Assembly: GCA_905178155.1 (NCBI GenBank)
Contig: CAJINV010000002.1
Coordinates: 1,401,809 to 1,465,808 of the forward strand
Direction: 5' to 3'
DNA length: 64,000 nucleotides
Source of the DNA: Amoebophrya sp. A120
Lineage: Eukaryota; Protista; Dinoflagellata
Both the position numbers and the translations under genes were made by a program. Numbering within the stretch: the first letter of the stretch is position 1; each line of letters starts with the position of its first letter. A model generated the notes under the pieces. The model did no database searches. It saw only the letters and a list, made by a program, of their open reading frames with translations, and was not told the origin of the DNA. Below, one piece after another: positions 61,246 to 64,000 of this stretch.

Positions 61246-64000
61246 CTTGGTGTTGGTGCCGCCCGCTTGACGTTGTGCTAATGTAGATTATCGTATAGTA
61301 GCCTGGTCGCCACCAGGAACAACTGACTTGTACAGGTGCGCATCTCAAAGTGAACTAATACTTTTTCCACAGACTTTACAATTGCATGCTGTCAGTTTGC
61401 AGAATTATTTCTTGTCACTCATCCAAAAAATCTGATACACACTCTAGCTACGCAAGTCCATAGAATCTCCCTTACACTCAAAAAGCAGCTAAGCGTTGCT
61501 TACTCCCGTATAATATTTCTCATCACCAGCTCCCGGCCTCGACAACGACGGAAACTTAGTAGAAACATCGGCGCAGACCACCGCCTCTGCAGGAGGATGG
61601 GAAAAGGGAACCTCCAACGGAGAAATGAGAAGCGCAGCCTACCCATGAGGGGCCAGTCCCTAACCATCCAAAGTGCTGCGGCGAGCTGGCGCTGCCGCGC
61701 CAACCGCACCTGCGCGGAAAGCCGACCGGGACCGATGGACGGGCCTTGCGAAAGAATATACATGGCTCCCTTGGGGCCGCACCACTCCTGGTCCAGAACG
61801 CGGGCCACGCGGGGCGGCTGCTGTTCTTACGGCCGGCGCCACCGCACGCCCGCGCCGCAAAATAATTGCGGCCCGCCGGCAAACGGGCCCGGCAAAAACG
61901 CGGGCGGGCGGCGAAAACAACGCCGGCCCGCCCGCCAGGCCTGTGGGCGATGGCCCCGGGCTTCCATCCGGGGCCTAAACAGATGCACGCACGCCGAAAC
62001 GGAAGCGGAAACGGAGGGCCCGGGCTCGGGGCGCCAGCGCTTTTTTCACACACATCGATCTGCGATCTCCACAAAGCTGCGGGCCCGCGCTCCCTCTGGC
62101 CGCCTGGCAGAGTTGCATTAAGGATTCGAAGTGAAGCCACCGGGCTCAGGCCCCCCCGCCTGTCGTCGCTTGCAGACACAAACCGACCGGGGCCCCGCGG
62201 CACGAGGACGAGCACCTCCGGCGCCATTATTGCATGGCAGCACGGCTGCGGCAGGCAGCCCCAGAGCGCCTGCGACTGTAGTTTTTCGTGATTTCCCGGT
62301 CGTGACGGTCGAAAGTTGGGGGGAGCGGGGATGTTGGTGGAGTTGGTTGCAGTGTACTAGTACGTGGGGATGGTTTATTGTTTTCTGGTGCAGTTGCGCG
62401 GAGCGTGTGGAGACCAACAGCGCTGGAGGAGCTAGAGCCCCCCGGCGAGAAATACGCAACAGAAGGCATCTTGGTGTTGGCGCCGCCCGCTTGACGTTGT
62501 GCTAAAGCTAATGTAGCTAGATTATCGTATAATAGTAGACTGATCGCCAGGAACAACTAACTTCTACAGGTACGCATCTCAAAATGAGTACTTGTTTATG
62601 TTTTTCCGCAGACTTTACAATTGCATACTGTCAGTTTGCGGAATTCCTCGTCACTCAACAAAAAAATCTGAGAAACAGGCACTCTAGCTACGCAAGTCCA
62701 TAGCATCTCCCTTACACTCAAAAAGCACCGCAGGCTTGCTTCCTCCCACACAATCTTTCTCATCACTGACTCCCGGCCTCGACAACGACGCAACCTTAAT
62801 TGAAACATCGGCGCAGACCACCGCCCACGCAACAAGAAAAGGAGCCCCACAGGAGAAATTAGTCGGGGAGCTGACCCATGAAGAGTCGGGGCGCAACCAT
62901 GCCATGCAAAGTGCTGCGGCGAGCTACCGCTGCCGCGCCCACCACAGCTGCGCGGAACGAAGGTCGACCGAGCTGCGACCGACGGTCGGGCCTTCGTTGC
63001 GATCGCAGAACTCGGCCCGCTTTTGGTCGCGCCACTCCAGGTCCGGAACGCGGGTCGCGCGGCTGTTGTTTGGTTTTTGTTACAACGGGCACCACCCAGC
63101 CACCGCACGCCGGCGCGGCGAATGCAATAACCCTAGCCGGCAGTCCCGGCGCCGGGCCAGACGGCGAAAACAGCGCAGACCGGCCGCGGCGGGCCTGTGG
63201 GCGATGGCCCTGGGCTTCCGGGGCCTGCCAAAATGCCGAAGCGGAAACGGCGGGCCGTGGCCCGCCGGAAGCGTCTGCGGCTTACTTTGCCCGCGCCGGC
63301 CGGCGGGCTGTCCTCTGCGGGCGGCCATCGGTCCGCGCAGTCTTGCGCGTTTCCCAGTACTGGCAGGGCCGGAGTCGGGACAAACTCCTTTCGGGGGGGC
63401 TGTTCGCTGAAGTCTTCTTGAGATTCCAAAGCGCGGCGCCCGCAGAAGCCCAGGATAAAATGCCGGGCGCCGAAGTTCAGGCGCGGTTGCGCGCGCAAGC
63501 CTATCCACCCGGGCCACGCCGTGGCCCCTTCCTGTCGTAACTTACGGACGCAAGCCGACCGGGGCCACGCGGCGCGAGCCCTTCCGCCGCCATTCCGCCG
63601 GGCATGCAATATGCAACAGGTGGCATCTTGGTTGATGATGTCGTGCTTGTGCTATCGGTGGGGCCCCGCGTGTAATCAATATATAGGTGACTCGAATTTA
63701 TTGCCTTTGCATAGTTCTCATTTACCAACAAACCGTGCAACAAGCTCCACACATTCTCCGAGCACCTCTCCCACACTCAGAAGGCAGAAGGTCCTTGCTT
63801 GCTACTTACGGCTCCTCCCGCCGTCCACGACACCCACTAGACAGAAACACCGCCAAAAACAACCGCCTCTGCAGCGAGCAGGAAAGGAAGCCTCCTCACG
63901 AGATAAACAAGAAACAGAGCCGCCCAATGAGGGATAGGAGCTTAGCCTTCCGAAGTGCTGCGGCGAGCTACCGTTGCCGCGCCTGCCACAACGGCGGCCA
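61070..64000. repeat. Three diverged tandem ~1.1-1.2-kb copies of a gene 5' end plus upstream region
   Basis: Anchor GGCATCTTGG at 61241, 62465 and 63622; anchor AAGTGCTGCGGCGAGCT near 61670, 62908 and 63953. Peptides MPSVAYFPPG, MPSVAYFSPG and MPPVAYCMPG. Confidence 0.85.

Overview
Eukaryotic, gene-dense window. It is most consistent with a syndinian (parasitic) dinoflagellate such as Amoebophrya; this is inferred from architecture, not from a database match. About 13 protein-coding genes, all on the minus strand, include a PP6/SIT4-type phosphatase, an ERD2 KDEL receptor, an LRRC51 homologue, a bestrophin-like channel and an AT-hook protein. The dominant feature is 52 short (118-333 bp) MITE-like insertions from about 13 families with unrelated terminal inverted repeats (TIRs). 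They interrupt the genes and share one grammar: 5-bp target duplication (TSD) + TAT...TIR...ATA + 5-bp TSD, with internal TTGT(C/G/A)ATGC motifs. In the junctions traced, removing the element plus one TSD copy restores the frame and conserved motifs. Only 3 of 51 complete copies can be read as GT/GC/GA-AG introns, and families occur in both orientations. This points to a splice-site-independent, orientation-independent excision system. Four 1-4 kb segments are also bracketed by 32-51 bp direct repeats; one is a foldback-like TIR element and one carries a spliced-leader-like 12-mer. No transposase, rRNA, tRNA or CRISPR array was recognised. Coordinates were counted by hand and may be off by 1-2 nt.
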